The notes under the pieces are model-generated. The model saw only the letters and a list, made by a program, of their open reading frames with translations, searched no databases and was not told the origin of the DNA. A stretch of 64,000 bases of DNA, from assembly GCF_052425735.1 (NCBI RefSeq), contig NC_135761.1, positions 35,216,001 to 35,280,000 of the forward strand. The letters are read 5' to 3'. A program made the position numbers and the translations under genes. The DNA comes from Oculina patagonica (lineage: Eukaryota). Below are positions 49,971 through 61,569 of the stretch, in pieces; position 1 is the first letter of the stretch; each line of letters opens with the position of its first letter.

Positions 49971-52774
49971 CAGCCTCGTCCCCAGTCGTCCCCGGCGAAT
50001 TTGGATGTGACGTCACCCGCCAAGCTTGTCGGGGAAGTTCGCCTAGGACGCCTGGCAATAAACGGCAAATCCAATATGGCGGAGCCTGTCCAACGATTGA
50101 ACTTCAGTCAACTTCTTGAAGAACTTAAAAACGCGTCAGAATTAGGCTGGGATTCCTTCATCCATGTCTGCCAGCAAACTCGTGAAGTAATTGGAGATTT
50201 TTTATTTAAGGTAGAAAAATTAAATGTCGATTTTTATGCGCAGCAAATTGTACCATCTAAAGAGCTTTATAAAGAATATGTTCCACTAACTGTAACTGGC
50301 GATGGGAGCTGTCTCTATCGATCGATTTCTCTGTTGGTGTCTTGGTGAACGGAGATAGAATAGTGGTCGTTCGTGGAAAGTTGTATGATGAGTATTTTTG
50401 CTTCTCGCTAACACAACAACAGCGGTGAAAAGATAAAAGGCTCAAAGCTGATATCCATCAGTACTTTCAACTGTGCTTTCGTGTGTGCTTTGTTTGTTCC
50501 TTTGCCTTCGCTTTTTTCGAAAATTTTTCGCAGTTTTATCCAAGGTAAGTGAAGTTGTAACTATTTATTCGAAGTATCAGTAGCGAAATATATGACTAAA
50601 GCTACTTATCAGAAAATTAGAAAGCTGTGTAGTGGTTTGTTTTCTGGGAAACAAACGCTGCAATTCGCCTACTGTTGGTGACGATACCGAGTTGTAATGT
50701 GTCAACTCAGCTGCTTAACAGATTCAACTTCTCTCTTGTGAACTTCAGACTTGTGAGACTCTATAACATACCAAATTCCCTTCGGCCACTAAGCATTGAC
50801 AAGATTATGATTGTAAGGAAACAAAAAACTGTTCCGAATGGACTGGTATCAAAATGTTTAGAATGGCTTCATTTCAGTTTAAAAGTCGTTTCTTACTGTT
50901 AGTTAATGTTATATTTATATTGTTACTATTGTTACTATACAAACATTATCCAGAGTATCTTCTAGATATACAATGTACTCTATTTGGATTCATTAAAGAC
51001 CTTTAGCCACTTAGCTTGGCACAATCAATCAAAAGGCTTTATTCTTCTCTTATGCTTTAGAAAGATGGGTTGGTACAAGCAGATCAGGTTTCATCAGCTG
51101 GCAATGTCATACATTTTCTATGGGCAGACCTCAAATATCAAGAGAATATGAAAACATAATATAACACTTTCCACTGCCTCCAGCTTTCCCTGCCTCCTCC
51201 CCAAATCACCCCACCCTACCAAATGCACTCCCCTAAATTCCAATAACTACTAGTTTTAGTATATATTGCAAGAGTTGAATACATGTAAATACTTTTGTAT
51301 ACTGCACTGTGTTTATGTGTGTGTGTGTGTGTGTGTCAGTCAAGCTCAGTTTAATATCCCTGCAAGTAGGAGTTAAAAAGGTGGTAGTTTAAGGAATGGG
51401 AAAAATAGCCAGTGTACCCATGTGAGGAAAAATACAAATATTTTTGGGCTATCAAAAATGCAGAATGGGGCTCACAAATTAAAAAGAAACTGGTCCAAAA
51501 GCCCCAGTAACCAGCTTTTCTGGAGCAGTTCAAACAATATTTAAACATTATATATTTTGATATTTTAATTTATTTGCAAATAAACATATAAACACAGTAT
51601 ATATATATATATTGTGTTTGTGTTTCTTTGCAAGTAAAATGTCAGGGAGAATAGCAGAAGAATCATACTTTGTTAAACAAGCTATGTCTACAATGATGCA
51701 GTATGTACCTTGTCTAAAGGGGAAAGCAGTGCACTTCTGTTTCTTTTTGAACATCTCAGCAGGTAAATTTGTCAAAACTACACGAAAATTGGCAGCAAAA
51801 TATATAAACTTCAGCTGAAATGCTAACTCTGCAACTGAGGGAAATTGAAATAAATTTCCACACCTTTTGGGCTGACAAGAACTGTTGGCTATTTAGTGGT
51901 GCTACACAATGGAAATGTTATCAATTCACACTTGGAATCTGCAATAAGTCATGACCAGCTGTAATTTTTATTTAATAAGCTCATTGAATTGACGAAAATG
52001 ATTGAAGCATACTTGTTATATATAACCTGAACATGGCCCAGGATTTGGATTAACATTTCCTGCTAATGAAATGAACCAGAGTATACAAGAAAAAGACAGG
52101 CTACATCAAGATCAAATAAAGTTTTGGCTTACGAGAGTTAGATTATTTTTTTTCTTTCTCTAAAAAGCTAAATAAAAAATTACAGGTAATCAATGACAAG
52201 CTTTAATACATGCATCGGGGGATTAGCCCTCTTCTCTCAAGTAAGCTGAATTGTTTCTTTGTTTTCGCACATAAATTTGTAAACAACAAAGGTCGAAAAT
52301 CCCGACCCTAGCTCTATAAACATTGAGATCGACGTCTTTCAGGTTTAAATAAAACTAACACAGTTACTAGTACCTGGCGAACGTAATTTGCTTACCACAA
52401 AGAACTTCTAGATACATGTAGACCCATGTATCACTACGAGTAGTGAACGAAAACAATGATGACAGAATAATTTTCTTAACTCTATTAAATACGACCAATA
52501 CCATTCTGCAAGGCAGGAAAAAACGGCATTACAGTTCGTCTCCGCCATCTAAAATAGTCCACAAATGTTCAAAAGGGATGCAGTTTCCTCATGAACCAGA
52601 AATATTTTCTTTTACTCGCAGAAAAACGTATATTTTCGTCGAGCTATATCTGGGACTTTTTCTCGCTAAACTGGGACTTTTTTGCCATTTTGTGCCAGGC
52701 CTCGCGCTATCGCGCTCGGTTCCAGTCCTCCTGCGCTCACTCGCATAGCGCGGTATGGCCTGGGGACGAGGCTG
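49971..52774. mobile_element. 2.8-kb non-autonomous AcademH-type transposon
   Basis: Perfect 15-bp TIR cagcctcgtccccag / ctggggacgaggctg. 9-bp TSD gtaacaacc (49962-49970, 52775-52783). Subterminal GC-rich hairpins. Confidence 0.85.
50076..50348 (+). pseudogene. Vertnin-like OTU protease N-terminal fragment inside the AcademH-type element
   Basis: MAEPVQ...VDFYAQQIVP...YVPLTVTGDGSCLYRSISLLV matches the OTU catalytic Cys motif GDGxCLxRS; truncated after it. Confidence 0.6.
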
Positions 52775-54252
52775 GTAACAACCAGTAACTACTAGTAACA
52801 ACCAACAACTACCAGTAACTACCAATAACTACTAGTAACAACCAACAACTACCAGCAACTACTAGTAACAACCAACAATTACCAGTAACTACCAACAACT
52901 ACAAGTAACAACCAGTAACTACCAATAACTAGTAGTAACAACCAACAACTACCAATAACTAGTAGTAACAACCAGTAACTACCAATAACTAGTAGTAACA
53001 ACCAACAACTACCAGTGACTACCAATAACTACCAGCAACTACTAGTAACTACTAATAACTACCAGCAACTACTAGTAACAACCAACAACTACCAGTTACT
53101 ACCAACAACTACCAGCAACTACTAGTAACTACTAATAACTACCAGCAACTACTAGTAACAACCAACAACAACCAATAACTACCAGTAACAACCAGCAACT
53201 ACTAGTAACTACCAGCAACTACTAGTAACAACCAATAACTACCAATAACTACCAGTAACTACCAGCAACTACTAGTAACAACCAACAACTACCAGAAACA
53301 ACCAACAACTACCAGTAACTACCAATAACTACCAGTAACTACCAGCAACTACTAGTAACAACCAATAACTACCAATAACTACCAGTAACTACCAGCAACT
53401 ACTAGTAACAACGAACAACTACCAGTAACAACTACCAGTAACTACCAATAACTACCAGCAACTACCAGTAACTACTAGTAACAACCAACAGCAACTACTA
53501 GTAACAACCAACAACAACCAATAACTACCAGTAACAACCAGCAACTACTAGTAACTACCAGCAACTACTAGTAACAACCAATAACTACCAATAACTACCA
53601 TTAACTACCAGCAACTACTAGTAACAACCAACAACTACCAGAAACAACCAACAACTACCAGTAACTACCAATAACTACCAGTAACTACCAGCAACTACTA
53701 GTAACAACCAATAACTACCAATAACTACCAGTAACTACCAGCAACTACCAGTAACTACTAGTAACAACCAACAGCAACTACTAGTAACAACCAACAACTA
53801 CCAATAACTACCAGTAACTACCAGCAACTACTAGTAACAACCAACAACTACCAGTAACAACTACCAGTAACTACCAATAACTACCAGCAACTACTAGTAC
53901 AACCAACAGCAACTACTAGTAACAACCAACAACTACCAGTAACAACCAATAACTACCAGTAACAACCAGCAACTACTAGTAACTACCAGCAACTACTAGT
54001 AACAACCAATAACTACCAATAACAACCAGTAACTACCAGTAACTACTAGTAACAACCAACAACTACCAGCAACTACTAGTAACAACCAGTAACTACCAAT
54101 AACTACCAGCAACTACCAGTAACAACCAGTAACTACCAGCAACTACCAGTAACAAGCAGTAACTACCAACAACTACTAGTAACAACCAGTAACTACCAGT
54201 AACTACTAGTAACAACCAACAACTACCAGTAACTACCAGCAACTACTAGTAA

Positions 54253-57139
54253 TAGTCAGGTGCCCAGGAGTCCAAAATGTGACACCCACGGGCATTTTTG
54301 TCTGATTTTTGGCAACATAGCTATTTTTACTAAATCGAGTACGCTGATTTCGAAAATAAATGTTGCCAAGCTTTATTCTTGCGTTAAGATGATGTTTTGA
54401 TGCATTTAATTATGACGTCATCGTCCAAATAAGGAATTTTCTTTCTTTTAGCTATTTTAAGCATAATACATCCAGAAATTTATTTAAAGCATTGTTAATG
54501 TGCTGTAAAAATGATTTAAAGAATTTTCCGAGAGTTCTTACGCTGTTTCTGTGAAAATCAAGCCCTTCAGTGACAATTGACCACGCCCTCTTAAACAAAA
54601 TTTACCCTATCGCGGGAACCTTATCACGGGTGTAGTTTTGTTATTTTGTCAAAGGACAAATGCGATTTTTGTATTAACAAATCGCTATAGTTGCAATAAG
54701 AAAGAAAAATATTGTCGTCGTGCCACGCTGAAGCTACGAGCTAGCGAGCATCAAGAACGACGCCATTACAATTTTCATATATCGAGTTTCCCTTGTTTCA
54801 GCATTTCGTTTAATTTTTGTGGTAAAATAAATGGAAATAACATCATAGTTAATGTCGAATTATATCATCGTTGTTATAGTTAGAGATAAAACTTTATTGA
54901 TTGTCTTGTATATTGCTGAATCTAACTTATTTCACAATGCACTTTGTCTGTTATAGGCTCATGATAAAGACTTTGGTTGAACGCATGTAAAATTAACGAA
55001 TTCAAAATGATCATAACATTGCTCCTTGCTTTCAGGTTTAAAACTGTCTATAATATTTTTAATCAATATCGGTAAATATTTTTAATATATTTTCTAAACT
55101 TTTTAATAAACACTGAACTAATATTTCTTTTTAAACAAGTTTCTTTAAAGCACTTTAGCGCAGGTTGATATAGCAATTAGCGTCGGTCTTGGTGCATCCA
55201 CAAAGCCCAGTGCACATGGCATGTGTTTTCTAAATTCATAGCGAAGAGGCACATATATAGCCAGTGGTCAGATCGGATTTCATACATTCAACAAAGAAAC
55301 GTTTTCTGCGGAGGTAGTGGTGTCACCTTCAAGGACATCTTCGCCGACCGAGAAGAGAAGAACAAAGTGTTCTGTGAAAACTCTCCACAAATGAAAGAGG
55401 TGCTGTTACAGCCGGTGATGGTGTGAGATGGTAACAATGAACTTGACGAGTTATTAGGAATATTTGCTGAGACACCCTCTAAAGTTATTTACGTTGGATT
55501 CTCTGAAGTTCCTGCCCATATCCACACTGTTGATGAGAGCTTAGCGCGATCGATGTGCCAGGAGAAGTAACAGCAAGTCTGTGCCTCGAGTGGAAACTAT
55601 TATGTTGACGACATGCCCGCTATGACTGACTGCATAACGAACAAACTTCGTATCGGCTTCCTCTTGGTTGGATCTCAAAAAGGCTACATCTAGGTCAGGA
55701 TCTGAGTAGAATCCACTTCGTACGAAAAACCACGAGATAAACTACGATTGCAGAGTCAGTGCCTGCGAGATAAGTTCATCTGAGAGAATCCGTGCAAAGT
55801 CCGCTTTATTGTCTCCTAGTGCCATAAAAAAGCTCGTCACTTCATCGGCCGCAACTGAACCTCTCTTACGTACTTCAATGACTCTGCTCACAGGCCGCGC
55901 CGTGTTCCCGGAGCGTCGATTTCTTGTCGTTGCTTTTATGGAGTGCCTCCCATCGAGTAACTCATCAATCCTCTGGTATCCAGGACCTTTCCGTAAAACA
56001 GTTCCGCAAACCCACCGAAAGCATTTACATTTTTTGGTTTCCCAATAGCTGCCACCATAATTAGTATGCTGCCACCAGGGGCGAAGCCATCGAAGAACAA
56101 ACTGACTCTAGGCAGATGACCTTTTCTTCTGAGAACGTCTTCTAAAATTGACTTGTTTCACACTTGGTGGGTTCATTTCTGCGAGAAACAGTGGCACCGG
56201 CATTGAACCTCAGATGCTACAATATGGCTTGCTGTTTATCTTGCGCCTGCCTTTATACACCGTCACTAGACAACATAGAATACTCTGGTTTCTATGCAAA
56301 TTTAAAGTCTTTCTCTTTTTGCGGCTAGTTGCAGCACTTTTAACTTCATAAAGGCTGGCAAATAGAGGTGGATTATTCTTGCGAACAGGGTCACGAAAGT
56401 TTGTCTTCCACCCCTTCTTCCCGTTCCCGTTTTTCCTCTCTGTCTGAAGATAGTAGCCTCCATTCCACGAATTGTTCAAGCTGAGTCTGTCCAATCGAAG
56501 ATCTTGTTTTATTTCTAGAGTCATGAGATCTTTCTTGGCAATTTTTTGCAATGTCTCATTTGTCCGTGACAAGAACAACCCGGATTTTGTTGTGTGGAAT
56601 GTAGAGAATTCTCAGCTTCATTATCTTGCTTCTGTCTCTCCTTGTCACTCTCTTTGTGGATAAAAGCAGTCGTTATGGTGTATGTCAAACATCGCTGATG
56701 TTTGTGGAGCAATTCAATTACAACTCTCTATTAATACAAGAATCACATTCATTTTTAAACAAAATGTTTACACTATACCCGTGATAAAGTGAATTTTTAT
56801 GAGAGGGCGTGGTCAATTCTCACTGGACGGCTTGATATTTATAGAAACGGTATAAAAACTATCAGAAAATTCTTAAAATCATTTTACAGTATACTAATAA
56901 TGTTTTGAACAAATTTCTGGATGAATTATGCTTTAAATAGCTAAGGGAAGGAAAATTCCTTATTTGGACCATGACGTCATAATTAAATGCATCAAAACAT
57001 CATCTTAACGCAAGAATTAAGCTTGGCAACATTGATTTTCGAAATCAGTGTACTCGTTTTAGTAAAAATAGCTATGTTGCCAAAAATCAGACAAAAATGC
57101 CCGTGGGTGTCACATTTTCGACTCCTGGGCACCTGACTA
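54253..57139 (-). mobile_element. 2.9-kb internally deleted AcademX-type transposon
   Basis: TAG...CTA termini; ~370-385-bp imperfect TIRs (54253-~54636 vs ~56772-57139); 3-bp TSD TAA (54250-54252, 57140-57142) restores an agtaacaacc unit. Decayed minus-strand coding remnants inside (e.g. HVHWALWMHQ). Confidence 0.85.
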
Positions 57140-59942
57140 TAACAACCAACAACTACCAGCAACTACTAGTAACAACCAACAACTACCAGTAACTACCAAC
57201 AACTACCAGTAACAACCAGTAACTACCAATAACTAGTAGTAACAACCAACAACTACCAATAACTAGTAGTAACAACCAGTAACTACCAATAACTAGTAGT
57301 AACAACCAACAACTACCAGTAACTACCAATAACTACCAGCAACTACTAGTAACTACTAATAACTACCAGCAACTACTAGTAACAACCAACAACTACCAGT
57401 AACTACCAACAACTACCAGCAACTACTAGTAACTACTAATAACTACCAGCAACTACTAGTAACAACCAACAACTACCAGTAACTACCAGCAACTAGTAGT
57501 AACAACCAACAACTACCAGTAACTACTAGTAACAACCAACAACTACCAGCAACTACTAGTAACAACCGACAACTACCAGTAACTACCAATAACTACCAGC
57601 AACTACTAGTAACTACTAATAACTACCAGCAACTAGTAGTAACAACCAACAACTACCAGCAACTACTAGTAACAACCAACAACTACCAATAACTACCAGC
57701 AACTAGTAGTAACAACCAACAACTACCAGTAACTACCAGTAACTACCAGCAACTACTAGTAACAACCAACAACTACCAGTAACTACCAGCAACTACTAGT
57801 AACAACCATTAACTACCAATAACTACCAGAAACTACTAGTAACAACCAACAACTACCAGTAACAACTACCAGTAACTACCAGTAACTACCAATAACTACC
57901 AGTAACTACCAATAACTACCAGCAACTACTAGTAACAACCAACTACCAGTAACAACCAACAACTACTAGTAACAACCAACAACTACCAGTAACAACCAAT
58001 AACTACCAGTAACAACCAGCAACTACTAGTAAATACCAGCAACTACTAGTAACAACCAATAACTACCAATAACTACCAGTAACTACCAGCAACTACTAGT
58101 AACAACCAACAACTACCAGAAACAACCAACAACTACCAGTAACTACCAATAACTAGCAGTAACTACCAGCAACTACTAGTAACAACCAATAACTACCAAT
58201 AACTACCAGTAACTACCAGCAACTACTAGTAACAACCAACAACTACCAGTAACTACCAATAACTACCAATAACTACCAGTAACTACTAGTGACAACCAAC
58301 AACTACCAACAACTACCAGCAACTACCAGTAACAACCAGTAACTACCAACAACTACCAGCAACTACCAGTAACAACCAGTAACTACCAGCAACTACCAGT
58401 AACAACCAGTAACCACCAACAACTACTAGTAACAACCAGTAACTACCAGTAACTACTAGTAACAACCAACAACTACCAGCAACTACTAGTAACAACCAGT
58501 AACTACCAATAACTACCAGCAACTACCAGTAACAACCAGTAACTACCAGCAACTACCAGTAACAACCAGTAACTACCAACAACTACTAGTAACAACCAGT
58601 AACTATCAGTAACTACTAGTAACAACCAACAACTACCAGTAACTACCAATAACTACCAGCAACTACTAGTAACAACCAACAACTACCAGCAACTACTAGT
58701 AACAACCAACAACTACCAGTAACTAGTAGTAACAACCAACAACTACCAATAACTAGTAGTAACAACCAACAACTACCAATAACTAGTAGTAACAACCAGT
58801 AACTACCAATAACTAGTAGTAACAACCAACAACTACCAATAACTAGTAGTAACAACCAACAACTACCAGTAACTACCAATAACTACCAGCAACTACTAGT
58901 AACTACTAATAACTACCAGCAACTACTAGTAACAACCAACAACTACCAGCAACTACTAGTAACAACCAACAACTATCAGTAACTACCAATAACTAGTAGT
59001 AACAACCAACAACTACCAATAACTAGTAGTAACAACCAGTAACTACCAATAACTAGTAGTAACAACCAATAACTACCAATAACTAGTAGTAACAACCAAC
59101 AACTACCAGTAACTACGAATAACTACCAGCAACTACTAGTAACTACTAATAACTACCAGCAACTACTAGTAACAACCAACAACTACCAGTAACTACCAAC
59201 AACTACCAGCAACTACTGGTAACTACTAATAACTACCAGCAACTACTAGTAACAACCAACAACTACCAGCAACTAGTAGTAACAACCAACAACTACCAGT
59301 AACTACTAGTAACAACCAACAACTACCAGCAACTACTAGTAACAACCGACAACTACCAGTAACTACCAATAACTACCAGCAACTACTAGTAACTACTAAT
59401 AACTACCAGCAACTAGTAGTAACAACCAACTACCAGCAACTACTAGTAACAACCAACAACTACCAATAACTACCAGCAACTAGTAGTAACAACCAACAAC
59501 TACCAGTAACTACCAGCAACTACTAGTAACAACCAACAACTACCAGTAACTACCAGCAACTACTAGTAACAACCAACAACTACCAATAACTACCAGCAAC
59601 TACTAGTAACAACCAACAACTACTAGTAACTACCAGCAACTACTAGTAACAACCAACAACTACTAGTAACAACCAACAACTACTAGTAACTACTAGTAAC
59701 AACCAACAACTACCAGTAACTACCAGCAACTACTAGTAACAACCAACAACTACTAGTAACAACCAACAACTACTAGTAACTACCAGCAACTACTAGTAAC
59801 AACCAACAACTACTAGTACACAACGAATACACAGAGGGAACCACAATCAAACGCAGGGGAAGCCAGCGAAGCTATTCCTGAAGAAGATGCCACGCACGAT
59901 GATGAAATCAGAGAAACGACAGAAACAACAGAAACCCGCGAG

Positions 59943-61520
59943 ATGTCAGATTTAACTAAACCTCTCACATTTACACCAAATAAATTAAAGACAATAACTA
60001 CGCTACGAAATACAGTGGGAAACCTGGAAGCTGAATTTATTCAGTTTAAAATGACCACTTCTGGAAACATCGAACAACTAAAGGACAAAACTGTACAACA
60101 AGATCATCTATTTAAAGTACACAAGACAACCGTGGGAGGCCTTTCTGACGACGTGACAAATAATAACAAGCTACTCACAGAAGAATTATCTCAAAACTCA
60201 AAACTGCAGGATGATCACCAGGCACTACAGAAGAAACACGCCAAAATAACTGAAGATAACGTAACAATGCTAAGAAAACAACGCCAGCTGGAAGAAGAAG
60301 TCGTTTTCCTTAAAAATCAGGTTAAAGCTTTATGGGAGAAATTGAATTCGCAACCACCGAAAGCAATCAGTAAGACCAATGCATCGAGCCAGACAACCCC
60401 TGTCGCCGCGAAAAACGACACTTCTTCAACGATTACGAAGGACAATACAATTTCCACTTCGCCACTTGCTGCGTGCAAAGCTGATGAATTAATAATTGTC
60501 GACCTACCAACATTTAACTCTTTCTCTCCCCTACAAGAACACCCAACAGAACCCCTTGAACAAGATAAACAAGAGAATACACGTAACTCCAGGCACCCAA
60601 CTGCGCCTACTACTGCCATCGACGACACGCTCTCTAATGAGGTGTTTTTTCTATGTGATTCAAATGGAAAATTTTTGGATACGAGGCCAATGTTTTCTTC
60701 GAGTCATGAAGTCAAATATGTCAGAGCCCCCTTGATTAAACACGCTAGAGCCTGCGTACAAAACGACATTCGCACCGCTCCCCAAATGATTGTAATACAC
60801 ACAGGAACAAACGATCTGGAAAAAGTCAATTCTCCTGATGAACTGATCGCTAATATTTTAACACTGATTACTGAGACCTCGACGAAGTTCCCCTCAAGCA
60901 AGATACTCTTCTCAACCCTTCTACCTCGCAAAGACATTTCAGCAGCAACGATTATATCAATTAATAATCAACTTATCACTAGCTGCTCACAGTTGTCCAA
61001 TGTAAAATTAATTTCACACGAAAACCTCTTCGTTAACGGACTCAACATTCTTCACGATAATAAACATATTTTGAGACACATTGGCCTTTTCGCCAAAAAT
61101 CTTAAGGATGCCATCCACGGCCGCACTAGACCCCGAGCAACCTCATCTTCACACATGACGCCAGGGCACCGATCGCCACACGATCACTCTACAACTCCCC
61201 AAATTCCCAATATGATGCGTCATGCCTCATACAGTACCGCAGTTAAAAGCACACCACCTTTTTGTGCGCCTTACCACCCTCAGATGCAGCCCACGCCTAT
61301 ACCAACTCAGCATTTCAAGCCAACACTTCAACAGCAGATACCTCTCGCCCCACATCAAACAGGCCAAGCACCACATCAACTTCCCCACGCCTCTCATCAG
61401 ACGTTCCCGCATGCCGCGAAAATGGAAACTGCCCACGAACTGCCTTCAAATCATGCAACAAATACGCAGATGCCACAGGAACTAATATCCTTTCTTCGAT
61501 TTGTCAAATCATTTCTATAA
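59943..61520 (+). CDS. LINE ORF1p with coiled coil and SGNH/GDSL esterase-like domain
   Basis: Heptad region, then FFLCDSNG, IHTGTNDL, STLLPRKD and DNKH motifs. Confidence 0.85.
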   Translation: MSDLTKPLTFTPNKLKTITTLRNTVGNLEAEFIQFKMTTSGNIEQLKDKTVQQDHLFKVHKTTVGGLSDDVTNNNKLLTEELSQNSKLQDDHQALQKKHAKITEDNVTMLRKQRQLEEEVVFLKNQVKALWEKLNSQPPKAISKTNASSQTTPVAAKNDTSSTITKDNTISTSPLAACKADELIIVDLPTFNSFSPLQEHPTEPLEQDKQENTRNSRHPTAPTTAIDDTLSNEVFFLCDSNGKFLDTRPMFSSSHEVKYVRAPLIKHARACVQNDIRTAPQMIVIHTGTNDLEKVNSPDELIANILTLITETSTKFPSSKILFSTLLPRKDISAATIISINNQLITSCSQLSNVKLISHENLFVNGLNILHDNKHILRHIGLFAKNLKDAIHGRTRPRATSSSHMTPGHRSPHDHSTTPQIPNMMRHASYSTAVKSTPPFCAPYHPQMQPTPIPTQHFKPTLQQQIPLAPHQTGQAPHQLPHASHQTFPHAAKMETAHELPSNHATNTQMPQELISFLRFVKSFL

Positions 61521-61569
61521 ACACCATACTCTTATCTTGAACATTAAGGATAAATTTTATACCAGTATA

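Larger units (their letters stand above)
48140..59818 (+). repeat. 10-bp minisatellite array B, (AACTACCAGT)n and variants, split by two DNA transposons and ended by a LINE
   Basis: Segments 48140-49970, 52775-54252 and 57140-59818. Degenerate inner edge; ~170-bp higher-order repeats around 48340-48880. Confidence 0.97.

Noticed and set aside
58643-58879. Hydrophobic membrane-like ORF (also 49876-50058, 52589-52825)
   Set aside because: Translation artefacts of the 10-bp satellite.
36043-59818. Telomere fusion or interstitial telomeric repeats
   Set aside because: The orientation resembles a head-to-head fusion, but the unit is a variable 10-mer rather than TTAGGG, and ~11 kb of genic DNA separates the arrays.
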